Part shown: positions 1 to 9,064 of the stretch, piece by piece
Layout: each line of letters begins with the position of its first letter
How positions within the stretch are numbered: position 1 is the first letter of the stretch
Origin: an uncultured virus (IMG/VR IMGVR_UViG_3300009104_000005)
Lineage: Duplodnaviria > Heunggongvirae > Uroviricota > Caudoviricetes
DNA length: 64,000 bases
Reading direction: 5' to 3' (one strand)
IMG/VR virus record: IMGVR_UViG_3300009104_000005
Made by a program: the position numbers and the translations under genes
The notes under the pieces: model-generated
What the model saw: the letters and a program-made list of their open reading frames with translations, nothing else
Database searches by the model: none
Told to the model about the DNA's origin: nothing

Positions 1-2
1 CA

Positions 3-1172
3 AGCAGAGCCAAGGGTGACAGTGGAGCACTACGAGGTGCAGAAGTAGGACTGAATCTTGTAACTGGTTTGCATCAAGGCGTTGGGGTGATAGACTACAA
101 GGGTTTGTACCCCTCACTAATCCTAGGCAATAACCTGTCTTACGAGACCAAGAGGGATGGGCCTGGTGAGAACATCATCCAACTCGAGAACGGTACCTAT
201 TGGGACCAGAGTGAACAGGGTTTGCTGCCCAGTGTAGTAGAATATCTGTTCGCCTATCGAGAAGAATGCAAATTGAAGATGCAAGAGGCTGAAACCGAGG
301 AAGAACGAGGTGCTTGGAACACCACACAGATGGCGATTAAGAGGGTCATGGCCTCACTTTATGGTATGACCGCACACGGTGGCTATGGTTGGGCTGACCT
401 AGACATAGCACACACCATCACCCAAGAGGGGAGGAGGTGCATCCATCTACTAGACCAAGTCACTACTAGCAACGGCTACGAGTGTCTCTATGGTCACACC
501 GACTCAGCATTTGTCAAGGTCCCATACGAGGACGCTGAGATGCTGGCTGACAAAATCACGAAGGCTGTGCAACAAGCCACTGGTAACAAGATGCTGTTCG
601 CAGAACTAGAGGACTGGATGCCTTACTGGTTACTGGTCAAGAAGAACAGGTATGTAGGTAAGAAGATGAGTGGTGAACTCAAGGTGGCTGGCTTCGAGAT
701 GAAAGCCTCGAACTCAGCGCCCATATCAAAGGAGGTGCAGAAAGAGGTGTTCAACATGGTGTGTAGCGGAGCCAATGAAGGTGAAGTAGAAGCCTATGTC
801 CGCCCAATAGCCATGTCCATACGAGAAGGTGAAGTGCCTCTCAAGAAGGTGACTCTGACTACTAGGTTAGGGATGGCACTCCGAGACTACAAAGTACTGG
901 GTGGTGCTGCCAAAGCAGCAACAAACTACAATGACGATTCCAAAGGCCCCAAGTTTGGGAAAGGGGACTCAGTCCCTTGGACCTATGTGCAGGGCATTCC
1001 TAACATCATAGCATACCGAGAACCCTCTGAGTTAGAGGGCTATGTGCTAGATTCTGATACAATACTCCAGAAAATGCTGAAGGCCAAGTTAGATAGTGTT
1101 TACACTACCCTTGGTTGGGACATAGAGGGTGCTCTTGGAGCACCTCGTCCCAAGGCGTATGGATGGTGGTAA
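3..1172 (+). CDS. polB: Family B DNA polymerase, polymerase domain (5' truncated by window edge)
   Basis: Motifs DYKGLYPS (A), KRVMASLYG (B), YGHTDS (C) and KKNRY. The frame is open from base 3 (SRAKGDSGALRGAEVGLNLVTGLHQG...), so the TTG at 69 is not the true start. Confidence 0.96.
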   Translation, partial: SRAKGDSGALRGAEVGLNLVTGLHQGVGVIDYKGLYPSLILGNNLSYETKRDGPGENIIQLENGTYWDQSEQGLLPSVVEYLFAYREECKLKMQEAETEEERGAWNTTQMAIKRVMASLYGMTAHGGYGWADLDIAHTITQEGRRCIHLLDQVTTSNGYECLYGHTDSAFVKVPYEDAEMLADKITKAVQQATGNKMLFAELEDWMPYWLLVKKNRYVGKKMSGELKVAGFEMKASNSAPISKEVQKEVFNMVCSGANEGEVEAYVRPIAMSIREGEVPLKKVTLTTRLGMALRDYKVLGGAAKAATNYNDDSKGPKFGKGDSVPWTYVQGIPNIIAYREPSELEGYVLDSDTILQKMLKAKLDSVYTTLGWDIEGALGAPRPKAYGWW

Positions 1173-1173
1173 T

Positions 1174-1251
1174 ATGGTAGAGAAGAAGACAATGACAGAA
1201 GAAGAGAGTAGACAAATGACGCTGGAGGAATTTGGGTTTGAGTTCCATTGA
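1174..1251 (+). CDS. 25-aa micro-ORF with PIP-box-like motif (MVEKKTMTEEESRQMTLEEFGFEFH)
   Basis: Manual translation. ATG lies 1 nt after the polB stop and fills the gap to the next gene. QMTLEEF matches the archaeal Qxx(L/I/M)xxF PCNA-binding consensus. Confidence 0.5.
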   Translation: MVEKKTMTEEESRQMTLEEFGFEFH

Positions 1252-1462
1252 AGATGCTGCATGTAAGAAGATACAGGACCGGGCTTTAGTAGGGCTAAAC
1301 AAGTACGGCACTACTATGGAGAGGGAGGACTTCTCCAAATTAGACTGGCTCGTGTACGCACAAGAGGAAGCGATGGACCTAGTAGTATACCTTGAGAAAC
1401 TCATACAATTAGAGACTATAAAGACTATAACACACGAGGCCGCGCCAAAATTGGAGGACTGA
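1232..1462 (+). CDS. Small protein, putative all-alpha (MazG-like) nucleotide pyrophosphohydrolase
   Basis: R..G..KYG.T...D...W...AQEE..D..Y pattern seen in small phage MazG-like proteins. A GGAGGA RBS favours a TTG start at 1238. Confidence 0.55.
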   Translation: MGLSSIEDAACKKIQDRALVGLNKYGTTMEREDFSKLDWLVYAQEEAMDLVVYLEKLIQLETIKTITHEAAPKLED

Positions 1463-1464
1463 CT

Positions 1465-2382
1465 TTGGTAGCCCTACCTCTTGTCTATGACGATGCGTCC
1501 TCATATGCATGGACCCCTGAGATGGGGGAGGATGGGGTGAAGATACGAATCAGTAAGAGTACTCTAAGCAGTAGCAAATGGTGCCCACAACAACTGTGGC
1601 TCTCCAAGACACATACTGTACCTGAAGAACCCAAGCCCTACCTCATAGTAGGGACTGATGTCCATAACACAGTGGAGGAGTTCTACAAGCGTGCCGAGCC
1701 CGAGTCCTTGATGGACTTGAGGAAGGCAGTATTGGAGGGGAAGAACAGGTTAGTCCTAGAAACTTTCAGAGGCTGGCTTCCTTCTGAGGAAGAGGTAGTC
1801 GAGATGAGAAGGGGGAGTGACAAAGACGAACCATTCTATGAGCGTGACTACGAACTCAATGTGGACTGGCTGATGCGTAATGAGATGCAACGACTCTCAG
1901 TCACTGATGACCAACTCTTCTTACCTGTAGGGAACGAGGTGAAACTCTCACCAAAAGCCACCTTCCACATAGATGGGGCGGGGGTAGAGGTACAACTGGT
2001 TGGGGTGATAGACAGGATATTCCAAGACAAGGATGGTCTAGGCCTCATGGAGTTGAAGACTGGTAAGTGGAAGAAGTACAAACTATCAGCGATGAGAATG
2101 GAAATGGCCTACTACAAGATGCTAATCGAACTGACTCCGATGGAAGAACTAAAGGCCCTAGGACTAGGTGACTTACCGGTGACCCATTGGGGTTGGCGTT
2201 ACAGTTCAGCGGGGTTGTTAGACTATGAAAAGACACTCAGGGTTAGTGAGAGGGCAATGCAAACTGCTCTCACCAAACTCATCAAGATGTATCTCACTCA
2301 AGACTTCCCAACTACGAAGGATGATTTCAAGTGTTCATACTGTGACTACATGGACCTGTGCCCCAAGTACAAGGTGAGTTGA
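1465..2382 (+). CDS. Cas4-like PD-(D/E)XK (RecB-family) nuclease with Fe-S cysteines
   Basis: WCPQ, GTDVH, GVIDRI, ELKTG, EMAYY and C-terminal CSYC.....C give four Cys in the Cas4/AddB arrangement. No CRISPR array nearby. Confidence 0.88.
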   Translation: MVALPLVYDDASSYAWTPEMGEDGVKIRISKSTLSSSKWCPQQLWLSKTHTVPEEPKPYLIVGTDVHNTVEEFYKRAEPESLMDLRKAVLEGKNRLVLETFRGWLPSEEEVVEMRRGSDKDEPFYERDYELNVDWLMRNEMQRLSVTDDQLFLPVGNEVKLSPKATFHIDGAGVEVQLVGVIDRIFQDKDGLGLMELKTGKWKKYKLSAMRMEMAYYKMLIELTPMEELKALGLGDLPVTHWGWRYSSAGLLDYEKTLRVSERAMQTALTKLIKMYLTQDFPTTKDDFKCSYCDYMDLCPKYKVS

Positions 2383-2679
2383 ATGGACAGGACAGACATC
2401 TACAATCGCAATCTAGAAAGGGACTCTATACTAGAGGCATTCCGTCTCCTGATGCAGGAAGCACTGAGAGTGGAGGCTGGTAGTGAAGGTGTGTATATCC
2501 ACTATGGTAAGCCACCTGAGGACAATCTGATAGACCCAATACCGATAGCAGCATACCTGGACATCGCAGTCACTCCTGAGCACATGATGAGCCCTGAAAC
2601 TATTATCTTGATGTACGAGAAGTGTCGCAAGGCATTGACTGAATTCAAGTGGGGGGAATTAGATGACTTCAGTTCTTGA
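2383..2679 (+). CDS. Hypothetical protein
   Basis: 98-aa ORF abutting both neighbours, AGGTGA RBS upstream. Confidence 0.7.
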   Translation: MDRTDIYNRNLERDSILEAFRLLMQEALRVEAGSEGVYIHYGKPPEDNLIDPIPIAAYLDIAVTPEHMMSPETIILMYEKCRKALTEFKWGELDDFSS

Positions 2680-3736
2680 GTTCGATTTCCCTCGTGAGGT
2701 GGGGCTGTTCCGTAAGGTAGTCCACAACCCAGAGGAACTAGAACGATACTGGACCTCACTTAGGAACAGTCAGTGTGCCTACACCAGCGTGTATGGGTAC
2801 AGAGCAGTCAAGACCAGCGGTAAGCGTGCTGAATACAACACTGCCATAGTGAGACATTTCGTCCTAGACTTTGACAAGAAAGAGAGGAAGGGTAGTATGG
2901 TACTCGATGTAGATGGGGACAGAGTGATGGAACAGGTACGCAGACTACACCAAGTCCTGATGGAGAAGGATGTCTGCCATGCTGTATGGTTCAGCGGAAA
3001 TGGATTCCACATTTGGATTCAACTCTCCAAGACTCACCGCCCAGCCACTGGTAGTGAGGTCTCTCTCATCAAGGCTGCAGGTAGAAAAGTCATCAATGAC
3101 TGGAAGGATAGTCTAGACCTGACCTGTATGGACCCCACCGTACCCTTCGACATGGCTAGACTCATCCGTATCCCTAACTCCTACAATGCTAAGCAACATG
3201 TGGGAAGGTGGAGCATACCACTCAGGAGTGCAGAGGTACTCAAGTGGTCCTGGGATGAAGTGTGTGAGAAAGCAGAAACACACCGTAAAGGCCACTTCAC
3301 TTACGGTTCCAACGGAATAGACTTACCCCTAGAACATGTTAAGAAGACACGCTTCGACACATCAGGGCCAGCGCTACAGTTCGAGACCATAGAGATGGAG
3401 GGAGTGAAGATTCTCCCCTGTCTAGTCGAAGCAGCCTGTCAGATAGGGAGCAACCCACCACATGATGCTCGTAAATCCCTAGTGATTTACTTAGCCTCCA
3501 GACTCAGGAACTTCATGCCTGTAGAACGAGCAACACAGGAGATGCGCCAAGCCCATGCCGAATCCATATCAAGATACATATCCACCCTTCAGTGGGCGGA
3601 CTACGATGAGAACATTACTCGCTACCATGTGAAGACCATAGTGGACAAGGGATACCAGCAACACTGTGCTTCTCTCGAGGCTGGCGGTTTATGCCTAGGG
3701 AGGTGCCAGTTATGGGACGGGACAGGAAGTCTGTAA
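2663..3736 (+). CDS. Archaeo-eukaryotic primase, catalytic PriS domain fused to PriL-like Fe-S domain
   Basis: LDFD, SGNGFHIW and RLIRIPNSYN AEP motifs. The C-terminal LPC...H...C..L...GLC.G.C resembles the PriL C-terminal domain. Confidence 0.88.
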   Translation: MTSVLEFDFPREVGLFRKVVHNPEELERYWTSLRNSQCAYTSVYGYRAVKTSGKRAEYNTAIVRHFVLDFDKKERKGSMVLDVDGDRVMEQVRRLHQVLMEKDVCHAVWFSGNGFHIWIQLSKTHRPATGSEVSLIKAAGRKVINDWKDSLDLTCMDPTVPFDMARLIRIPNSYNAKQHVGRWSIPLRSAEVLKWSWDEVCEKAETHRKGHFTYGSNGIDLPLEHVKKTRFDTSGPALQFETIEMEGVKILPCLVEAACQIGSNPPHDARKSLVIYLASRLRNFMPVERATQEMRQAHAESISRYISTLQWADYDENITRYHVKTIVDKGYQQHCASLEAGGLCLGRCQLWDGTGSL

Positions 3737-4437
3737 GACCACTAGTAGTAGATACTAACGAGCGTGGTCCACTGTTCGATGCAGTGGAGCGTAGGGCTCA
3801 CAAGAAGAGTCCCCCTATCACCATACTCAGAGACCACCTAGTAGTTGGGGACTACAAGTGTGGGGAATGGTACATGGAAGCCAAGAGTGTGGGGGACTTC
3901 CTAGAATCACTAAGGAATGGGCACTTGATGAGGCAATTGGACAACCTTGACGCCAATGTAGACTTGTTTGGAGTGATAGTATGGGGAGAAGTAGGAGAGT
4001 ATGTCAAGAAGGCACAAAATAGAGGAGCCTCAATCACATTCAGCGCTGCAACAAAGCAGATAGCAGGAGGCTTGGCCCGAGTCGCTGCAGACTTCGGGTG
4101 CCTAGTATACCGTGCACCCAATCTGATGGAGGCTTCACACTTCCTAGTGGGTCTGCATGAGAAGACCTACAAGAGTGCCAGCAGACACGGTGCACAGGCC
4201 ATCCGCAGGGTGTCTAGCAATGATGTCAGGGTAGACATGCTCCGTACCATCCCAGGCATAGGGGATGAGATGGTGGACAAGATTCTAGATGCCTGCGGCA
4301 GTCTAGAGGAGGCTGCTTGTGGTGACTGTCTCAGAGGAGTACCACGCATGGGTAAGGTGCTTAGGGCTCGAGTCCTAGAGGCTCTGACTAGTGAGGAAGC
4401 AGTCCACATCGAGCGTCGAAGTTCTCGAGATTCTTGA
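3691..4437 (+). CDS. ERCC4/XPF-family structure-specific nuclease with HhH motifs
   Basis: VDTNER, GDY, EAKSVGDFLESLRNGHLMRQL (ERKxxxD-like), then IPGIG and VPRMG HhH motifs. Exact start uncertain. Confidence 0.88.
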   Translation: MPREVPVMGRDRKSVRPLVVDTNERGPLFDAVERRAHKKSPPITILRDHLVVGDYKCGEWYMEAKSVGDFLESLRNGHLMRQLDNLDANVDLFGVIVWGEVGEYVKKAQNRGASITFSAATKQIAGGLARVAADFGCLVYRAPNLMEASHFLVGLHEKTYKSASRHGAQAIRRVSSNDVRVDMLRTIPGIGDEMVDKILDACGSLEEAACGDCLRGVPRMGKVLRARVLEALTSEEAVHIERRSSRDS

Positions 4438-4461
4438 GGTTATTCTTTCTTGATAGGGACA

Positions 4462-4472
4462 GGTATTATAGA
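4462..4472 (+). promoter_or_regulatory. Putative archaeal TATA box upstream of the MCM-like gene
   Basis: GGTATTATAGA lies about 25-30 nt upstream of ATG 4496 in one of the few intergenic gaps. No RBS, consistent with a leaderless transcript. Confidence 0.45.
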
Positions 4473-4495
4473 CTAGGTATGTCGCCACCCGACCT

Positions 4496-5962
4496 ATGGC
4501 AAGAAGAACCTGGCGACAATACACTGCAGTCAAACGCTATCCTATACTGAGAGAATACATCGAGAGGTTCAACAAGACCTCTTTCTTTAACGAGTTACCG
4601 GGCTTACTCTCCTTCTTCTACCTACAGGGTCAGTCGGTAGTAGACTACATCAGGATACCAATCTGGGCATCCTACCTAGACCCTAGGTTCCATGTGTTTT
4701 GGATTCAACCCACTCGTTCTGGGAAGTCTCTCTCTTGGGAATTCATAGGTGAGGTAGCAAGACACGCTAACCTCGAGGCAGACATCTTCACCTCCGGCAC
4801 AGACGCTGGACTGATAGGTTCCTTCAAGCAGATGAAAGATGAGGAGGGTAACTTCTACACAGAGGAGACTCCAGGCCTACTCAACGGTAAGAAACTGTTG
4901 AACTTCGATGAGGGTAGCATTCTGCTACAACCTACACCAAAACAGTTCTTCCAAGAGGTCATCCTCTATCTACAACAGTCTATGAACCCTATAGGGAGTC
5001 ACAGTAACACACTCACCAAGCACATGAAGGATGGTAAGATTGAGACTGAGTCTCGAACATCCCATTGGGTTACCACCTTCCCTCCAGCAGGTGTGAAGGA
5101 GTATGTTCTGACCAAGGGTTTGTTTCAGCGTGTACTCCTATTGTTCTGTCACTGGAGCAACGACATGAGAATGGCTGTCTCCAAGAGGAGGAATGAAGGT
5201 GTGTGGTCAGATGAAATGGGGGGTGTCAAATCCACAGAGGACTTGGCTCGTCATTTCAGAGAGACCGAGGCTATGGTAAGGGAACACCTGTTCGCATCTT
5301 CATCTCATGTAGATGCTGTGATGTGGGAGGACCTAGATGAGAACATCAAGGAAGAGAGACAAGAGCGCGAACGCCTAGTCAGAAAATCTGCTCTATCAAT
5401 GTTCCAGAAGAGTAGGGATTTCGACCCAGCAGTGGACTCAGCAATCGAGGAGTTCTATAGGCTGGTGAGTGGGATGGATGACAAACTGAGTGATGTAGTT
5501 CTATCTTTCATGCCGAACATCGAGAACTATCTACACATCATGGCCACCCATCTCCTACTCATTGAGATGAATGAGAAGAAGAAGGAAGGTCCATATGACC
5601 CGTCCGAAGCGTGGGTCATCACGGGTGACCACATAGACATGGCCATGGAAATACTCTACGATGTTTATGAGCGACTCATCATTTGGCTCGAGAGTGACCT
5701 AGAACTGGGTGCTGCCAAGGCTGAGAAGATTGCCAAGGCAGATGCATGGACCAAGGCACTAGAAGCCTGCAAAGACTATGACCTAGGCGACCATCGTGGT
5801 GATGAATGGAAGAAGAAGAAGGAAGTCCTCAAGGCATACGGAAGACTACAAGACCGCAGCCTCCCTGTGGTATACAACCACTACAAGGAGGCCCGAACTC
5901 TGTTCAAGGAAACTAAGATGTCAGGTATCCCTTACATTAAGTGGGTAGGTGAGGCAGTATGA
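4496..5962 (+). CDS. Divergent MCM-like AAA+ ATPase (putative replicative helicase)
   Basis: Walker A QPTRSGKS, TSGTDAGLIGS (MCM-like), Walker B LLNFDE, LFQR arginine finger; located in the replication operon. Confidence 0.72.
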   Translation: MARRTWRQYTAVKRYPILREYIERFNKTSFFNELPGLLSFFYLQGQSVVDYIRIPIWASYLDPRFHVFWIQPTRSGKSLSWEFIGEVARHANLEADIFTSGTDAGLIGSFKQMKDEEGNFYTEETPGLLNGKKLLNFDEGSILLQPTPKQFFQEVILYLQQSMNPIGSHSNTLTKHMKDGKIETESRTSHWVTTFPPAGVKEYVLTKGLFQRVLLLFCHWSNDMRMAVSKRRNEGVWSDEMGGVKSTEDLARHFRETEAMVREHLFASSSHVDAVMWEDLDENIKEERQERERLVRKSALSMFQKSRDFDPAVDSAIEEFYRLVSGMDDKLSDVVLSFMPNIENYLHIMATHLLLIEMNEKKKEGPYDPSEAWVITGDHIDMAMEILYDVYERLIIWLESDLELGAAKAEKIAKADAWTKALEACKDYDLGDHRGDEWKKKKEVLKAYGRLQDRSLPVVYNHYKEARTLFKETKMSGIPYIKWVGEAV

Positions 5963-6555
5963 GTAAGATAATGTCCTTAGACATCGAGACATCCAACTAC
6001 TCATGGCAAGTGGGTGGTTGGGATGCAACACACCTGTTTGACCCTACAGTAGTAGCCACATGGGATGGTTCTGAAGGGCATGTGTTCTCCAAGGAGGACA
6101 TAGAATTAGAGGGAGTCACTATTCATCCACTCCATCCTAGGGGCCTAGGTGAACACCTACAGAAACATGTAGAAGATGGGGGTGTAGTGATAGGACACAA
6201 CCTAATGGGTTTTGACCTCCCGGTATTGAGAGACGCTCTAGACTGTCACTATGCGGGGGAACTGATGGCTAAGAACAAGGAGTGTGTCATAGATACCTCA
6301 GCCATCCTCCGTTCTGCTGGTATTCCAGTATCCCTTGGTGATGTGTGTAAACATACCCTAGGTAGTGAGAAACTAATGGAGAGTGCAGATGCTCCCAAGG
6401 CTTGGGAAGAAGGCCGCTATCAAGAGGTGGCAGAATACTGTCTCAAGGATGCTCAACTAGTTTACGACCTACTATATCATGGTAGAGACGAAGGCTTTGT
6501 CAAGGCCCGTAACATTGAGACTGGTGTCATTGATGACATCGAGGTGATGTGGTAA
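5959..6555 (+). CDS. DEDD/DnaQ-like 3'-5' exonuclease (RNase H-like fold)
   Basis: ExoI LDIET, ExoII GHNLMGFD, ExoIII YCLKD. Confidence 0.88.
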   Translation: MSKIMSLDIETSNYSWQVGGWDATHLFDPTVVATWDGSEGHVFSKEDIELEGVTIHPLHPRGLGEHLQKHVEDGGVVIGHNLMGFDLPVLRDALDCHYAGELMAKNKECVIDTSAILRSAGIPVSLGDVCKHTLGSEKLMESADAPKAWEEGRYQEVAEYCLKDAQLVYDLLYHGRDEGFVKARNIETGVIDDIEVMW

Positions 6556-6674
6556 TGGAACTCATGGAAGATGCACCACCCTCGTTCTTCAGAGAGTTCT
6601 ACCTCTCAGTCTGTAACTACTACAAGATTGACCCTGACGCACTATTCCTATCGTTAATGGAGGATGAAAAATGA
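6555..6674 (+). CDS. 39-aa hypothetical protein (MELMEDAPPSFFREFYLSVCNYYKIDPDALFLSLMEDEK)
   Basis: Manual translation. TAATG overlap with the upstream stop, ATGA overlap with the chaperonin start, GAGGTGA RBS. Confidence 0.7.
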   Translation: MELMEDAPPSFFREFYLSVCNYYKIDPDALFLSLMEDEK

Positions 6675-8185
6675 GTGAGAAAACACAACAAAGTGGAAGA
6701 GAAGCGCAAATGAGTAACATAAAGGCGGCTATGAACATAGCCGAGACCGTTAGGTCTACCCTTGGGCCAGCAGGTATGGATAAGATGCTGACCAATGGTA
6801 ATCATAACATCGTGACCAACGATGGTGTGACAATCCTAAGAGAATTGGATGCTGCACACCCTGGTGCACTGATGATGATAGAGGCTAGTAAGACACAGGA
6901 GGCTGTTTGTAAGGACGGGACCACCAGTGTGGTAGTACTGGCTGGACAGATGCTAGCCCTCAGTGAGGGACTATTGCTCAGAGGTATTCATCCCCGAGTC
7001 ATACTCAGGTCATTCGATAGGGGTAAGCACATTGCCCTCAACAACCTAGACCCAGTCAAGATAGATGTGCTGGACGCAGCCAAGACTGCCATGCGTGGTA
7101 AGGCTGCTGAAAGTGAACTAGATTATGCTGCTACGCTTTGCTTCAAAGCAGCAGAAAAAGCCAAGGGTGACCTAGAGAGAATCAAGGTAGTGACTCAGGC
7201 TGGTGGTTCCCTCAAGGATTCCTATGTGCAGGACGGCTTGGTTCTGAACAAGGAGTTCGCCAATGATGTAGGGGATATCAAGGAGGTCTCAGGTGAGGTT
7301 AGCGTGGTACTCCTAAACGGAGGACTGGATGGCTATGATGTGGACCAAATACAGGTCGAGAACATGGGACAACTGCAGGCTCTCAAGCAACAGGAACTTG
7401 AGATGCTCAGCGAACTAGCATCCATGGTCGCTGGTGCTACTGGACCCAACGGCTGTGTCTTCGTAAGAGACTCAGTCCATGAGGCTGTAGCCCACTACCT
7501 AGGGCAGAATGGTATTCCACTCATCACCAGACTACAGCAAAGTGACATGGAAGCACTCTCTAGACTGTTCAAAGTGCCAATCTATCATAGAGTAGTGGAC
7601 ATCACAGACCCCATTGACCCCATTGATATCGCAGTGAAGGAGGAGAGGATTGGTGACTTAGATTTCGTTACTGTCTCTGGGCCAGGAGAGGCTACCACTT
7701 TGGTAGTCAGAGGTGCAACACGCCAGACTCTAGATGAGTATGAGAGAGCATTTGATGATGCTGTGGGCGTGACCTGCCTCAGCATGAAGGATGGAGACAA
7801 AGGGTTCCCCGGTGGTGGGGCAGCATTCTCTGCTGCATCTATGGCAGTGAGGGACCACGCTGCTAAACAGGCTAACATGAGTGCTCGAGAACGCATGTGT
7901 ATGGAGGCATACGCTGACGCACTAGAGATAATCCCTGCAGCAATAGCGAACAACGCTGGTATGGACCCACTAGATGTGGTCATGGAACTAAGGTCAGCAG
8001 AGCAGGGTATCGGACTCTACATTGACGATGATGGGGTAGGTGAGATTTGCAACACACTAGACAAAGGGATAGTGGAACCAGAGTCACTGGTCAAACAGGT
8101 GATTAGCAGCGCTACCGAAGTGGGTACCTCAGTACTCAGAATTGATGACATCATAGCGATGAGAGGACAGGAAGATGGACCTTGA
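6671..8185 (+). CDS. Group II chaperonin (thermosome-like)
   Basis: TLGPAGMDKML, VTNDGVTIL, KDGTTS, VRGAT...LDEYERAFDDA, PGGGA, GIVEP, VLRIDD. Confidence 0.96.
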   Translation: MSEKTQQSGREAQMSNIKAAMNIAETVRSTLGPAGMDKMLTNGNHNIVTNDGVTILRELDAAHPGALMMIEASKTQEAVCKDGTTSVVVLAGQMLALSEGLLLRGIHPRVILRSFDRGKHIALNNLDPVKIDVLDAAKTAMRGKAAESELDYAATLCFKAAEKAKGDLERIKVVTQAGGSLKDSYVQDGLVLNKEFANDVGDIKEVSGEVSVVLLNGGLDGYDVDQIQVENMGQLQALKQQELEMLSELASMVAGATGPNGCVFVRDSVHEAVAHYLGQNGIPLITRLQQSDMEALSRLFKVPIYHRVVDITDPIDPIDIAVKEERIGDLDFVTVSGPGEATTLVVRGATRQTLDEYERAFDDAVGVTCLSMKDGDKGFPGGGAAFSAASMAVRDHAAKQANMSARERMCMEAYADALEIIPAAIANNAGMDPLDVVMELRSAEQGIGLYIDDDGVGEICNTLDKGIVEPESLVKQVISSATEVGTSVLRIDDIIAMRGQEDGP

Positions 8186-8330
8186 ATACTGGGGTACTGC
8201 GCTCCTATACATCTTGTTTTCGATATGCTGTGTCGTGCCCGCGGCCTTCACCTTCGGTTCTATTGTCTTCTCGGTCTTCAACGACCTAGTATACTATGCT
8301 TTGAACCTGCCCAAAGATGAAGAAGAGTGA
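8175..8330 (+). CDS. 51-aa putative membrane protein (MDLEYWGTALLYILFSICCVVPAAFTFGSIVFSVFNDLVYYALNLPKDEEE)
   Basis: Manual translation. Overlaps the chaperonin stop, has a long hydrophobic stretch and ends at the operon convergence point. Confidence 0.55.
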   Translation: MDLEYWGTALLYILFSICCVVPAAFTFGSIVFSVFNDLVYYALNLPKDEEE

Positions 8331-8338
8331 TAAACCGC

Positions 8339-8641
8339 CTAGCCCCCCGCTTTATCTACAGGAGGAACTGGGGGGGAGAGTTTTTTTCCGGCGTGGCGTG
8401 CAGGCACATCCGACTCTTCTTCTCTTCTTGTACTCTCTCCCCCGTTCAAAGTTCTACTCCAAAAGAAATCGTGGACCTTATCCATCTTCTCTTTTTGAGT
8501 CTGGAGATAGTCTCTCCAAATAGGTTTCTTGAACGCTTTACTGTAGCCCTCAATTTGAGCGTCCCAGTAGTCCCAATCCCAATCAGGTTGGCTATCTCTC
8601 AGTTGACTATTACCCCTATCTTTCTCAGAAGCCACAGCCAA
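8339..8641 (-). CDS. Hypothetical protein
   Basis: Last ORF of the - strand operon; start uncertain. Confidence 0.5.
   Translation of the reverse strand: MAVASEKDRGNSQLRDSQPDWDWDYWDAQIEGYSKAFKKPIWRDYLQTQKEKMDKVHDFFWSRTLNGGESTRREEESDVPARHAGKKLSPPVPPVDKAGG
8343..8388 (+). terminator. Putative terminator at the convergence of early and late operons
   Basis: C6...G-run inverted repeat followed by a T7 tract (8381-8387) just after the last + strand ORF. Oligo-T tracts act as archaeal terminators. Confidence 0.4.
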
Positions 8642-8685
8642 AATCCTCCAATCTCTAGACCAATACCATCATCATCATCGTCCAT
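8599..8685 (-). CDS. Possible 28-aa peptide (MDDDDDGIGLEIGGFWLWLLRKIGVIVN)
   Basis: GGAGGT RBS before ATG 8685; overlaps the stop of 8675..8962. Confidence 0.35.
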   Translation of the reverse strand: MDDDDDGIGLEIGGFWLWLLRKIGVIVN

Positions 8686-8962
8686 CAGGAACCTCCTTCT
8701 GCAGGTTCCTTGCTTGTTGCACAGCAAAACGAATCTTCTGAGTACTATGGAGATGCCAGAAGGCCTCCTTAGGTAGGTCAAAGGTCTCCTCAACTCTACT
8801 ACACAACTCATAGCGAGATGATATCTGTAGGTCCTCATCTATGGGAATCCCAAGGACATTACTGACCTCTTCTTCTGTGTATTCTACCCTACGGTCAAAC
8901 CACACATAGAGTCTACCCATAAGAGACATTAGTCTCCTGGCTATCCAATGAAAAAGGCCCAT
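8675..8962 (-). CDS. Hypothetical protein with amphipathic N-terminus
   Basis: 95-aa ORF in operon orientation. Confidence 0.65.
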   Translation of the reverse strand: MGLFHWIARRLMSLMGRLYVWFDRRVEYTEEEVSNVLGIPIDEDLQISSRYELCSRVEETFDLPKEAFWHLHSTQKIRFAVQQARNLQKEVPDGR

Positions 8963-9064
8963 GGTGTAGAAAGTACACCACTTCTACTTGGAGTTTTGGT
9001 ATCCCTGTGCACACCTAAGTCCAAAGCGTTGTGTTCTCATTCTTCTCTTTCATATCTGTACTGT

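Noticed and set aside
69..1172. Split polB starting at base 69
   Set aside because: The frame is open to the window edge, so a split cannot be inferred from this window.
1465..2382. CRISPR-Cas system suggested by the Cas4-like gene
   Set aside because: No cas1/cas2 or repeat-spacer array in the window; solo Cas4-like nucleases are common in archaeal viruses.
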